Source: the human T2T-CHM13v2.0 reference genome, Homo sapiens
Direction: 5' to 3' (one strand)
Assembly: GCF_009914755.1 (NCBI RefSeq)
Contig: NC_060945.1
Length of the DNA: 64,000 nt
In this document: positions 24,923 through 40,223 of the stretch, piece by piece
Layout: every line of letters begins with the position of its first letter
Position numbering within the stretch: position 1 is the first letter of the stretch
Position numbers and translations under genes: made by a program
Notes under the pieces: model-generated
Told to the model about the DNA's origin: nothing
What the model saw: only the letters and a program-made list of their open reading frames with translations
Database searches by the model: none

Positions 24923-25285
24923 TGATATGGTTTGGCTATGTCCTTACCCAAATCTCATCTTGAATTGTAGCTCCCATAATCCCCAAGTGTTGTGGGAAGG
25001 ACAAAGTGAGAGGTAATTGAATCATGGGGGTGGGTTTTCCCATGCTGTTCTTGTGATAGTGAGTAAGTCTTATGAGATCGGATGGTTTTATCGAGGGAAG
25101 TTCCCCTGCACATGCTGTCTTGCTTGCTGCCATGTAAGACATGACTTTGCTCCTCCTTTGCCTTCCACTATGATTCTGAGGCCTCCCCAGCCATGTGGAA
25201 CTATGAGTCCATTAAACCTCTTTTTCTTTATAAATTATACAGTCTCAGGTATTTCTTCACAGCAGTATGAAAATGGATTAATACA
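24923..25285 (+). mobile_element. THE1C/D solo LTR
   Basis: tgatatggtttggct...gcagtatgaaaatggattaataca; TSD tacag / tacaa. Confidence 0.93.
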
Positions 25286-26440
25286 TACAATATGCCTAGA
25301 GTGAAGGAACAGGAGAGGAGGGGGAGACCAGCAGGAAACAGACTTGAGAGAACTTCATTACTACTCTGCACCTATATAGCCACTGTCCAATAATTTCTCA
25401 GCCCTGTAACAGACCTATGGCACTAAATCTCAACAACCTGGTCCTATTAGGAAAGAAAAAAGTTTAATTAAATTCCTTCTTTGTGTCAGGAAAAAAAAAT
25501 CATTGAGTAAATGTCACTCTTAAGCAAAAATGCCATATGTTTTCATTTTGAGGCTGTTGTGGAAACCATCAGCCCAGTCTCTTTTCTTCCTAGCTGTTTC
25601 TTACTTTGAAAGGCAAATTTGCAAATAACTGGGAAACCTAAAGGATTAGCTCATGTTTTTCTTGGCCTCCTGAGATTTTGCTTTTCAGATGCCCATACTA
25701 CATGCTTGAATTCCGTGCTGGCAGAAGATGGTAAAATATTTGGATTCATTTGGAGGAATGGAAGAAAAACTGTTGAGAATATTGGATGCCTTTAGTTTCT
25801 TTTACATGACATTCTTTCACACAAACGTTAGGACAAGCAACTCCTAATTGCTTAACACACAGTATTTACTTAAATATAGACTACTGGGAAGGGACAGAGT
25901 GCCCCAGAGAGAAATCATTCATTTTTCCGTGGAATACCTACCCTTTGTATACTTATCCAATTGAAGAAGTACATAGCAATAGTCCATGATCCCTAGAAAT
26001 TTTGCCCAGCAACTTGCACCCAGGAATATTGCTAAGTTTGTTTTGTAAGTATTTAGTTTGGTTTTGTTTTCTTTTAATTTTTCAAATAGAAAAGAGGTAT
26101 GAGACCAAGTAACTTTTCCTACTTTTTTGTTAAAAAAAAAAACCATAATTTTTCCCATCAAATGAATTTGAGAGAATGTCACGTGAAAAATAACTACGTT
26201 TCCTTTGCTTATCTTGTTTTAAGCTCTTCTTTTCATATTTGCAATGCAAGTGTGTACTATATACAATATATATTTTATATATGTGTAAATTTGTGAAGCT
26301 AAGTACACATTTACTTTTCTTCTTCTATTTTTATTCTTAAAGTGAGTTTCTTCAACACTCCATTTTTACAACAATTTCTCTCTTAGCATTTATCCTCTGT
26401 TTCTCTCAAACCACACCTAACAGATGTGGCCAACTCTTAT

Positions 26441-26911
26441 ATGGAGTTTGTTTCCTTTTGCTTCTGTACAAAATCACCACAAACATAGTGTTTTTAAAAA
26501 AACACCAATTTATTATCTTGCTGGTCTGGAGGTCAGATGTCCTAAAACCAAGTAGTCTCCAAGGGCTGTGTTTCTGCTGGATGCTCTACCAGAGATTTCT
26601 TTCCCTTGCCTCTTCCACCTTTTGGAGCCCAACTGCTTGTGGCCAAGTCTTGTATCTTCAAGGCCAGGGGTACAGCATCTTTCAATCTCTCTATCACATC
26701 TGCTTCTCTTTTCATAGCTCCTCTCACTGGCTCCTGTCTTTCCCGGTAAAGACCCTTGCAAGGACATTTTTCTTCCTGGATAATACCAGATAATCTTCCC
26801 ATGCTGTGATCTACAAATTAATCGCCCCTGCAAATTTCCTTTTTTTCATGTACAGTAGTATATTCACAGGTTGTGGAAATCTTTGGGAAGGAGGAAATTA
26901 TTCTTCCTATC
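26441..26911 (-). mobile_element. MLT1D-like LTR
   Basis: caccacaaac...aatttattatctt...ctggaggtcaga...tcttcaaggccag...cagataatcttccca...tattcacaggtt. Confidence 0.8.
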
Positions 26912-27049
26912 GGTGTTGACTCTCAGCCTCTATCTCTAGTCTCCTTTAATTTCCCAACTGCCTGTGTGTGCACACGCACATCAAACACAACAGGCTCAAA
27001 GACGAATGCCTCTCCCACAAAACTGATTGCTTTGATTCCATTGCTACGT

Positions 27050-27730
27050 CACGGATACACCACCTAAGTAAAGAGTTATCAAGCTAGAGAAGGATTGTCC
27101 TAAACAGGGCATTTTCATCCCCACTTGCACTAAAGCTAAAACCTTTCTTTAATGTACCTCTTAAAAACTTTAAACTGTATATTCTCTACTTTATTTCTAC
27201 TATGAATACCTTTTTCCTGGTTTAGGTATGGTTTATTCTCATTTGAACTGCTACAATAGCCTGTGCTCTCTGTCTCCAAACCTGCTCCCTTAAAAATTTG
27301 TATTCTCTATGGCTTGATCTAAAATGCAAATTTGATATTTTCCTAGTGTCAAGTCTTTTAATATCTCTTCACTGCCTATATCATACACATTACTTTCCAT
27401 TGTACACGAAGCCCTCCCTGATCTTGTCTCTAATTATTTTTCAACCTTATGTTTTAGGCCTTGCAGGACTTCCACATTGCAGGACTCATTTTCCTGCTTG
27501 TGATTCACTTTGCACTTGCACTCACTATGTTCCTTGATCTGTGTTTCTCCCATTGTAAATCTGGTCATGCCTTGGTAATAATATCTTTGCACTGTGTTGT
27601 AATTATCTGTGTATGTGTTTTTCTAAACTGTAAGCTTTTAGAAGACATTTCTTATTTGGTTTTACATCCCCATCATTTGGCCACGTCCTTAGCACAATGT
27701 ATATTTGTAGTAATAAACGCTGTTCTTTGG
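27050..27730 (+). mobile_element. L2 fragment (3' region)
   Basis: tgaactgctacaatagcct...tctaaaatgcaaatttgat...ctgtaagcttttagaag...tgtaataaac. Confidence 0.6.
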
Positions 27731-28052
27731 GTTTTGTAAATTCATGAGCAGAAGGCATTTAACCCTTTTAAATTATAAAGGTGGATTAATTTAAATATTC
27801 TTGGAGGTTGAATAATTTGTGAGACTTTTGGTTTCATGTATTCTGTTTGGGAGATGCAGGAAAGTTGAAGGAAAGTATAGAATTTTGTAATAAAGCAAGA
27901 ATTTATCCTGGCCACCTGTAGAAAGCATGTGAGCTTTTGGCGAAAGAAATATGTAAACATACATTAAATACAATATGCTTATCTACAACTTCCCTGCGCA
28001 TGAAATGTAGGTCATGTTGGTTTCTCTGTCTCTGACTCTCTTTCTCTCTTAA

Positions 28053-28084
28053 ACACACACACACACACACATACACACAAAACA
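28053..28084. repeat. (CA)n microsatellite
   Basis: Direct reading of the sequence. Confidence 0.9.
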
Positions 28085-29220
28085 CTATGCTTGACAGACA
28101 TCATAAGTCACTTTTCCCATCAATGGCTTGTTTCGGGGTGGTTTCAGGGATAGGACTGTTTTTAAAAGATCCTTTTACACTCTTTTTCACCCTTTCTTCT
28201 GCCTCACCCTGGATTTAACCTAACCACAACCTAAACAGTTTTCAATGGCAGCTCTGCTTCCATCCATCACATATGCTGCTTTTTTTTTTTCTTTTTGAAG
28301 TGTTAATTTGGCATATGAGATTTAAACACAACTAGTTCATTTTGAGGAGTCTGAAATGTCCTACTAACTTTCACTGGTTACATTTTGGTAGAGAACCCAC
28401 ACAAGTTCTGAAGCAATTATCCCTGAAATTTAGTTTTGTTCAAGGTTGCTTAACATAGAGAGTAAAGAAGAAAAGATTAGTCACTGATTGAAATCGTATG
28501 AAATAATTTTTATCTCAAGCAGTTCCTGCTCTTTGTATATATATGTGTATGTGTGGGTACAATCTTGCTGTGTGTATATTTGTTTATACCCAGGACACAC
28601 ATGAGAATGTTCTAAAGACAAAAAAGACGTTGGAATGCCTTTCCTAAAATTCAGTATTTGCACTAATATCACTGCATGCACTAAAATAAGATCTATCCTA
28701 TGGAAAGTTCTTTACTGCAAATGGCTACTGTGAAAACAGTGAACATTTGTATTCCCTTAGCTACCCAGTAGATCGACTTTCTATCTTGGGAAGATAAGTA
28801 TGCACCATCCTTTACCCAGGGCTGCCAAGATGTGGCCATGTGTCCCTGTGTCTGCCAATCAGATACCCCACTCAGGACTTGAGAAAGTGGCACAAAAATA
28901 CAAAGACAGACAAATCGCTTGAGAAAGGGGCAGCCAAGATCCCAAAGTGCTAGAGAGAGTTTCCAGTGATTGGGATTTTCTAAGCAGATAGTTTTTAAGG
29001 GAAAATCATGGCTATGTTCCCAAACACTCATCTCTCTTCATTTCTGTCATATTCTGAACCTAGTGCTACAGACTTTCATTCATTTCTGGAGCCATCAGAT
29101 TGCCTTCTTGCAAACAGCCTCTACCTATTAATTTACTAGAATTGACTTGTGTCATTTGCAGTGAAGAACACTGACTAATTTGGTTAGGAGTTGGTGAGAA
29201 AAGAATACTGAGAAGAGAGG

Positions 29221-29621
29221 TGTCTTAGGAAAAGTTACCTCAGAAGCAAACTTCAAGGCAAGAATATGAGTAGCAGTGGTTTATTTGTAAGGTGACTTCA
29301 GTAATCATTGATAGGGAAGTGGGCAGGTGAGGCAGAAGGAAAGGATGTCATGAACAGTCTGCGGGTGAGGGTAACATAATTAATTCTGTTGGAGAAGAGC
29401 ACCTGATGGGTACACAAGCTGATGTATTTATCCTCAAAGATCCATTTTTCATGGGCTGAGAATACTTCCTGGAGATGTTAGTTCCCCAATGTTTCCATTC
29501 CATCTAGTGCACAGATTGAGGCAAGACTCTTGGCCTGAGAGCCACAAATGCTTGCAGTAGGACACTTTCTGCCCATGAGGTAAGAGTGAGTAATAAAGGC
29601 TTGTACAGAGAGCCCTAACAC
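29221..29621 (-). mobile_element. Old ERVL LTR (LTR33/LTR41-like)
   Basis: tgtcttagg...cctcagaagcaaac...caaga...gtttatttg...tagggaagtggg; its last bases appear to resume at about 31620. Confidence 0.65.
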
Positions 29622-29814
29622 TGTGGTGGCTATTGTGATGTTTCAACTTGCCTTTTTATACAATCAAACACAAATACAGGTGTTGCTGTGAAGGAATTCT
29701 GTAGTTGTAATAAAGATCCTAATGCATCGTCTTTAAGCAAGAGGGATTATTCTGGATAATGTGAGTGGGCCTAAGTGAATGAGTTGCAAAGCCTTAAAAG
29801 CAGGGTTGATGTTT

Positions 29815-29851
<37 letters not shown>

Positions 29852-30044
29852 ATTGAAAGAGAAAGAAAAAGAAGAAATTTCTCTTGAGGACAATTTCAAC
29901 CTGTTCTCAGGGAGTTCCATCCTGTTTGTGATCTTGCTTTCTTGTAGATGATAGCTTCAACCATAGCCACAGGTTCAAAACTGTGCCTTCCTGAATGTCT
30001 GCTCTATGGATTTAGGACTTTATTCCAGTCCCCACAACCATGCC

Positions 30045-30091
<47 letters not shown>

Positions 30092-30223
30092 ATCTATCAT
30101 CTATCTATCTATCTATCTATCATCTATCATCTGTCCATCCATCCATCTATCAAGAGAGATATAATTTTAATACCTGTACAATCTTAAATGTTCTGCACCT
30201 CCGGTTGAACTCTGACTGGTGTA
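29622..30223 (+). mobile_element. MLT2D-like ERVL LTR containing (GA)n and (TCTA)n
   Basis: tgtggtggcta...tcaacttg...caatcaaacac...ggtgttgctgtgaagg...ggttgaactctgactg. Confidence 0.8.
30045..30150. repeat. Compound (TCTA)n/(TCCA)n tetranucleotide STR
   Basis: Direct reading: TCTA runs interrupted by TCA, ending in TCCA units. Confidence 0.95.
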
Positions 30224-30530
30224 GATAATTTTGGTATTTGGAAGTAGGTGCTGCCATAACAAACACACACAAATATGGAGTTGGCTTTGAAACCAAGTGG
30301 ATGGAGGCTGGAAGAAGTCTGAGAAAAATTTTGAAAGATCTGATGATAGAGAATGCCTAAATTGTCTTCAACCGATTGTGAGTCAAAATATGAACTTTAT
30401 GAGCCTTTCTGGTAAGGGCTCAGAATGAAGTGAGGGGCATGTTATTGGAAACAGGAAGAATGGAGATGCTTGTTAGGTAATGGCAGAAAATGTAGTGGAA
30501 TTGTCTCCTGTGAGAATAGTGGAAAATAGA
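30224..30530 (+). mobile_element. MLT1-type (MaLR) internal 5' segment
   Basis: ttttggtat...gaagtaggtgctgccataacaaa...ggagttggctttg...ggaggctggaaga...catgttattggaaac. Confidence 0.7.
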
Positions 30531-30641
30531 ATTTCCTCTGGCTGGTAGCAGAAGCGATTCAAGGTACTGGAAAGATTTGATGCACTATTGCTGATTCAAA
30601 GATGGAGAGGCCCATATACAAGAACCAGAGAGTAGTAGCTT

Positions 30642-31345
<704 letters not shown>

Positions 31346-32029
31346 AATTTCTAGCTGCTGAGAGAAGTTCCTAGCCAACAGCAGGCAAGATAACGGGGCT
31401 GTCAATTCTACAACTGCAAGGAACTGGACTCTATCCCAACAAGCTGAATAATCTCCGAGGAGGCTCTTTCTCATAGCCTCCAGATAAATGTCCAAGTTGG
31501 CTGATACCTTAATTTTGGCACTTGCTGGTCTTCTGAATTATAGAAATGTGAGATTTTTTTTAAAAGCCTCTAGGTGAGTAGTAATAATGTGTTATGTAGT
31601 GATAGTAAACTAATGCAAACAACATGTACTAGTGGCCAGTCACAATTTCTTAAAAACCAAACCAAAACAAACAAGAAAGAACAAAACAAACAAGAAACCT
31701 GGCCCTAGGATGCTCTGATCAAACAGTCTATAGTCTCTACCACCGCAGTTGATCCCAACATCTTAATTTTCCTCTTCCTGTCATCCATTCTAGATTTCTT
31801 TATCTTTGGACAGACATCTCTTTGTCTAATCTTCTTGACAAAGGATTAAAAAGGAAATCCAAATACAAATAAATAGGAACAGAGGACCTGACACCCATAC
31901 CACACCTACCTCAGATGCACTGACTTCTCTCCCTTTGCTAAGATTTTTATCCATTGTGGAGCTGGAAAGGGGCTTGGAGATTGGACGTTTCTAAGTGATC
32001 TGATGGAAAAGAAAAGATCCAGCTCTGGG

Positions 32030-32470
32030 TGGACATTTCATTACATTGTCACCTGGTAGTCCATGTTCTGGTGCACCATCTCTAGCAGGACCCAACAGCA
32101 TAAGGAGCTTCTTTCAAAATGTGACTAGTTCTTTGCCAAAGATGGTATGACTTTGTTTCAATTCCTAGTTCTGTGCTGTGGTTTTTTTTTGCTATGGTTC
32201 TCCAGAGACTAGACATAATGTTTTATCTACCAAAAAGACCTCCGACCTCCTGTACTATGTGATCTGCAAGTCATTTGTACAAAGTGGCAGAGCTACTTTT
32301 ACCATAACTAAAACTGCTGAAGAATCTACCTTGCTATGGGCCACACTGAAAACTGTCAGCCTTCTAAGTCACTTATTACATGGAACAAAAGCAATATTCC
32401 CAGTGTAATATGCATTGTTTCCAAAATCCAAAGAGACCAACTGAGATTATCAGCACCCTGCTTCTCACCA
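32030..32470 (-). mobile_element. Degenerate ERVL pol fragment
   Basis: Minus strand ctctttggattttggaaacaa...gtgacttagaaggctgacagtttt...gctctgccactt matches the HERV-L RT / RNase H junction. Confidence 0.7.
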
Positions 32471-32559
32471 CCTATGATGGACTGAAGTACAAATGAAGAG
32501 GTAATGCATTCATTTTGTAATAGTTCTTTACATGAATTATATGGGCTAAATTACACTAA

Positions 32560-33266
32560 TAAAGATTGTAAAATTAATTAGCAGTTGTTGGTAGCCACAT
32601 ACGCTCTGAAGGAAGAAAATAGACACTATTAAATAAGGTGGCAGAGTAAAAGCCAAAAGCCATTCTTTGCAGCATTTCAAGAGACTCACATTTCTTTCAT
32701 GTGCAAAATGTGTTGAAGAGAAAAATGTGTTGAAAATCAGGTTCAAGATTTTAAAGGAAGAGAGGTAGAGCCAAAAGGAGACTAAATTCATATTTCTGTC
32801 AAATTCTTCTATACTGAGTTCAGGGCCCTATTGGGGAGGAGTGGAATATTAAGCCTGGATGGAGACATTCGGGAGGATGAACTAAGAATTTCAATCCCTA
32901 TGAGCCAGCAGCAATAAACACCCTCCCTCCATCATGACGAAAAGAGCATCTTCCCATTGCTTGAAACTGTGCAAAGGATTCACCCAAGATCGATGACTTC
33001 TAAGATGATGCTTGTCTTTCTTACTTTCTACCCCTACTTCCCCTAATTGCCTCTGAACCAATTACATAGGACAAATCTCTGCATGACTTAATCAGGAAAA
33101 TCATGTTCCTACTAGGAGAAGAAAGGGAATGTTCAACATAGAGTGATAGGCCTGACTAATATGTACTGATTATAACCAGGAAAACCTGCCTGGGAGTGGA
33201 TCTTAAGGGTCTCAACTATGGAGAACAGAATATGAGCCTGGAGAAGAGTGACTATATTCATATAGG
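32560..33266 (+). mobile_element. Degenerate ERVL internal (gag-like) fragment
   Basis: gaaaatcaggttcaag...tcagggccctattgggg...ggatggagacat...ctaatatgtac...tgggagtggatcttaagggt. Confidence 0.65.
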
Positions 33267-33271
33267 TACTA

Positions 33272-34518
33272 TAGGTTGGTGCAAAAATAATTGCGGTTTT
33301 GGACTGTGAATTTCAAATTATTATAACTAGACTCAAACACATCTTTATAAATCAAAATAGGAACCATTATGATCAGCACATTTTTGCCAAGAAATAAGTC
33401 TGTTTATTCCTATAACATAAAAATCAGTGCTTCAGGATTTGAAGTCTTGGAAAGCATTTTCTGCATCCTGTTCATTGTGGAAATGTTTTCCCTGCAAAAA
33501 GTTGTCAAGATGCTTGAAAAAGTGTCAGTCAGTCGGCGAGAAGTCAGGTGAATACGGCAGAAGAGGCAAAACTTCGTAGCCCAGTTTGTTCAACTTTTGA
33601 AGGGTTGGTTGTGCAACTTGTAGTCAGGCATTGTTGTGGAGAATTGGGCCCTTTCTGTTGACCAATGCTGGCTGCAGGAGCTGTAGTTTGTGGTGCATCC
33701 CGTTGATTTGCTGAGCATACTTCTCAGATGTTATGGTTTCACTATGATTCAGAAAGCTGTAGAGGATCAGACTGGCAGCAGATCAACAAACAGGGACCAT
33801 GACCTTTGTTTGGTATAAGTTTGGCTTTGGGAAGTGCTTTGGAGCTTTTTCTCGGTTTAACCACTGAGCTGGTGTAGCTAATTGTCATATAAAATCCACT
33901 TTTCATGGCATGTCACAATCTATCTGATTGATTGAGAAATGGTTCATTGTTGTTGAGTAGAATAAGAGAAGAGGGTGCTTCAAAATAACTTTTTTTTATT
34001 TTTTATTTTTGCTCAGCTCATGAGGGACCCACTTATTGTGCTTTCTCACCTTTCCAATTTGCTTCAAATGCCGAATGACTATGGAATGGTTCACTATGAG
34101 TTCTTTGGCAACTCTCAGCTGGTTACTGTCAACTTCCGATGGCCGGCCACCATGCTCCTTATCTTCAAGGCTCTCCTCTCCTATGCAAAACTTCTTGAAC
34201 CACCACTGCATTGTATATTCGTTAGCAGTTCCTGGGCCAAATGCGTTAATGTTGCAAGTTGTCTCTACTGCTTTAAGACCCATTTTGAACTCAAATAGGA
34301 AAATCTCTTGAATTTGCTTTTTGTCTGACATCATTTCCATAGTTTAATTAATATAAAATAAACAGCAAGAAATAAGTCATTCACAAAACAAAAACTAAAG
34401 CCAGAAATGCACATTAAAATGATATATAACATAACCACATTTATTTAAGAATGTATTCCAATATCAAATGGCAAATTTCAAGAATACAAAAACCACAATT
34501 ATGTTTGCACCAACCTAA
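33272..34518 (-). mobile_element. Hsmar1 mariner DNA transposon, near full length and defective
   Basis: Both terminal inverted repeats (taggttggtgcaaaaataattgcggtttt; aaaaccacaattatgtttgcaccaacctaa), flanking TA dinucleotides, about 1247 bp. Confidence 0.96.
33345..34340 (-). pseudogene. Hsmar1 transposase pseudogene
   Basis: ORF 33996..34340 reads MEMMSDKKQIQEIFLFEFKMG...WFKKF...GRP...KWVPHELS. Downstream remnants VTCHEKWI, HNNA* and YSPDFSPTD* show multiple stops and indels. Confidence 0.95.
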
Positions 34519-34879
34519 TACCTTAGCATGTTTGGGCTGCTACAACAGAGTACAAGAGACTGGGTAATTTATAAATAATAGGGATTTATTGCTCACAGTT
34601 CTGGAGGCTAGGAAGTTCAAGATCAAGGTGTCAGAAGATTCAGTGAAATGAATTTTCTGGTGAAAGCTCCCTGCTTCATGGAGGGAGTGTGTCCTCACAT
34701 GGCACAAGGAGCAAACAGGCTTCCTCACACCTTTTAAAATAAGGGCACTAATCTCACATATGAGGGCTCCTAATATGATCCTAATTACCTCCCAAAGGCC
34801 CCCTCTTAATACTATTACCCTGGGGGATTAGATTTTAACACAGGAATTTTGGTAGGACATGAATATTCAGACCATAGCG
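34519..34879 (-). mobile_element. MST/MLT1A-type LTR
   Basis: tttgggctgcta...gactgggtaatttataaa...ctcacagttctggaggct...ttcaagatcaaggtg...ttcagaccatagc. Confidence 0.85.
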
Positions 34880-37236
34880 GCTGCAATCAAGAAAACAAAA
34901 AACACTTATCCATTGTATCTACAGAAATTTATCTCATGTGTATATGTGTGTGTGTGTGTTTTCTCAGAATCTGCAAGTCCACCTTTCTAAATGATTATAA
35001 ATCTTTTGAGGCCCAGGACACAATTGTGGGTAACTTGGAGCTTACGCTCTACAATTTCAATAAATATGTGCTAAATAAATGATGTAGGAATGATATAGGA
35101 AGAAAGCAGTACACCACTGGAAATTACTATGATAAGCATGTAAATGATTCTGATTTGTACCAGTTATGCCTGAAAGTAGATGTTTTGCATTATGAGCTAG
35201 TTCTAAAAGACTCTCAGATGATTCTTAAAAGGATGATTGCACTTAATTTCACTTATAGTTTTGATTGGTGATGACAAAGTTTTCATTAAAGTTGTAAATT
35301 TCCACTCATTGCAGGAATGTCAGATGATCAAAAAGAGTGGGTACCAACTGAGCTATATACAAGCAAAGTGTCACTGTTAAAAAAAAAAAAAAGAAAAAAG
35401 AAAAATACTTCTTGATTCTAGAGAATAATTGACAGCTTGGAAAAAATCCACTCGGCCAGTTAGCTTTCCTCATTCTGCAAACATTAAATAGCATATTTTT
35501 ATTACAAACTTGACAGCCAGGCCTTAAGAATAAGCTCTGAAATGCCTGCGATTACATGTGTAGGCAGGGACTGCTATGACTGGCTGGGTTTCAGATTTGA
35601 GTGTTTGTTTAGACAGAGCAAGACCAAAAGGTGTTAGATCAGACCTAATCTCCACCAGACAGCTCAGAGGGGGGCTACAGATTTCTTCATTTGGTTTCAC
35701 CATTGAGTCTACGTCCCGTGGAAGCCATGTTATTCACCTTCACAGACCTCCCACCCATGAAAATAGGGACAGCCATTCCAAGAAAACAAGAACTAGAATT
35801 GCCACCCATGGAATAAAGCACATTTAGTGATGGTTGGGAGCAGCACTGTTTTTCTAAATTAACAAGCAGAAGGAAGCAAAGCGTGCTACTTTCTTGGCTT
35901 GGCTTATTTCTCACTTATTTATACACCTGAATCTCCACTGAAACAACACACTATTAGCTGAACAGAATCACCCTTTAGCCAGTGAGAGAAATTAGAAAAC
36001 ACACTTCATTGTAAGAGGTTTTATTTATTTATTACAACATGGCCAGAGGATAAGTATAAACATAACACAAACTGTTAATTTTAATTTTAATTTTAAAACA
36101 TGTTAGAGATTTCATGTGATCTGAATTCTTTCTCGGTCACTTCCGTCTTGGTCCCTACCACCAACCTTGCCCTTACTCCCAGCCCTTCAAGCAGCTTCTT
36201 AAGGGAAATTGACAAGAGAAAAACATATTTTTGAATAGGCTAAATTTGAAGTGTTCATTAAAACAAGTAGCTGATTGTAGGCTTCCACATCTCTTGAAAT
36301 GTTTTATGGCCGGTGTATGTCATTTAAAAAACCTTCCTTTTTCCAAAAAAAAAAAAAGAAAGAAAAGAAAATTATAGGATCAAATTAAACGCTCCCATTT
36401 CTGCTGTAGAGCTTGTGATGTCGTCAAGATCCATTTCATTTTTATGCCCCTATAACCTAGTTAAAGTACATTTTCTCTGTCTCTCCTCTCCGAGTCTGTT
36501 TATACCTGACTCCAGAATTATTTCTATCAGGGAGATACAAGGTCATTTTTTATACTATTAAAATAAACAGTTCTCCAGTTTTATACAAGACCTCTTTCAA
36601 ATATAGAACTTACGGGTTCTCTCTGTCAGATAATTTAAATGAATGTTTGAGACCTTTGGCTGGCTTTTTCTTTTATCATTCAAATATTGAAATTCTCAAA
36701 ATACCGCTCTGATTTTAAATAAGGAGGGACCTCACCCTCTTTAATTAGGAGTGACATAATCGGCACTGTCATAGATGATAGAAAAATGAATTAAAATTTT
36801 TTAAAGCCAATAAACTAAAACATTTTATTAGGTTTAATATAAATCTGATAGATTTAATTTTTATTCTTAAGCCTTTGAAATAGTATAAAAACAAATTTTA
36901 GCTACCACAATGGATTCATTTTGTTAATACCTCTTTGCCATGAACCAAAGTCAGACATAGTTGATTAGAAATGAAGACATTTTCATAGATCTTTGGTCTT
37001 TCAAGTTTCTTAGTAGCAGTACCTCAATATTTTAAAGGAGAATTCTCCACATTAACTTAAAAAATACTTAAGGCAATTTTTGAATTAATTTTATTTTTTC
37101 TACAAATAAAGTTAGTTTTTAAAATAAAAACAAGAAAATTCATTAATTTTGTAATTTTCCTGTACAAATTTAGAAATAATCTCTCATAAATAAGATAATT
37201 GACTAAAAATTTATTTTCTAAATTCTACAGTGTTAC

Positions 37237-38015
<779 letters not shown>

Positions 38016-38904
38016 ATTATTGTAGGAAATTAGGTGCCCTCATTATACAATGACATAAAATGGTTGAGGAACTAATTTTATGTTCAATGATAATTTTTTT
38101 ATTAATTGAACTTATTGAATTTTTTTCCCATTTAGGTAAAACTATACCATTTAAAAATTCTTTTTATGTCTGTCATAGAAACAAATAGAAGGGTTCATTT
38201 ACTCTAAATGGGAAGTCAATAAAGAAAGAATTTCACTTCTGGAAGTGTGCCAGTTAGAGAAAATTTGGGACTAGCCAGTTTAACAAAGAGTCTGGACTAT
38301 CCTTTGTCCTTTGCTGTGCAAAGTTTCGTGCGGGAAACATACATTCAGTAGCATAGTCTAAGACATCCAAAAGTATAACGAGAACTTTGAAAGTATAAAA
38401 TAATGAAGTTGACAAAGGGGAGCAGATAATTTTTTCGTCATGAACAACTATGCCAGGAGCCAAGATACTAATGCCAGAAGCCCCAGGGAATGCCTAGGCA
38501 TTTGAACATCATGCCTAATTGAGCACTTTTCCCCTTGGATCACATACATTAAGATTAAGTTACTAGAGAGATAGGACCTCCTAACATTTTATAACGATGG
38601 TGACAATAGCATTCCTGTAGCTCCATGTTCTGAGAGTAGAAATGTTTTTAAAATTGTTAATCAAGCCATTCTTTTGGTTTATAAGAATTCAAATTAATGC
38701 TAAAATAGCTAAATCATAGTGGATTTTAGGAAATGGTTTTAATCACTGCCAAAAGAAACTCTGGAGATTATAGGGAAGAAGGATTTCATGTTAAATGTCA
38801 ACTCATTGAAATCCTGCAATTTAAATGAGTCATTTCTACACCTTGCACTGAGAATGTCTTTCTCCCTTTCATTTAGGATTACCTAACTAGTCTATTTTTA
38901 CTCA

Positions 38905-39905
<1,001 letters not shown>

Positions 39906-39938
39906 TACAATGTGTAAGATGAAAAGAAAAGAATTCTC

Positions 39939-40223
39939 TTTTTTTTTTTTTTTGACCTGGAGTCTGATTCTGTCACCCAGGCTGGAGGACAGTGACGCCA
40001 TCTTGGCTCACTGCAACCTTCACCTCCTGGGTTCAAGCGAATCCTCCTGAGTAGCTGGGACTATAGGTGCCCGCCACCATGCCCGGCTAATTTTTGTATT
40101 TTTAGTAGAGACGGGGTTTCACCATGTTGGCCAGGCTGGTCTGCAACTCCTGACCTCAGGTGATCTGCCTGTCTTGGCCTCCCAAAGTGCTGGGATTACG
40201 GGAGTGAGCCACCACACATGGGC
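39939..40223 (-). mobile_element. AluSx/Sz with a small internal deletion
   Basis: Full dimer; the gcctcagcctcc segment is missing near 40045. Confidence 0.93.
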
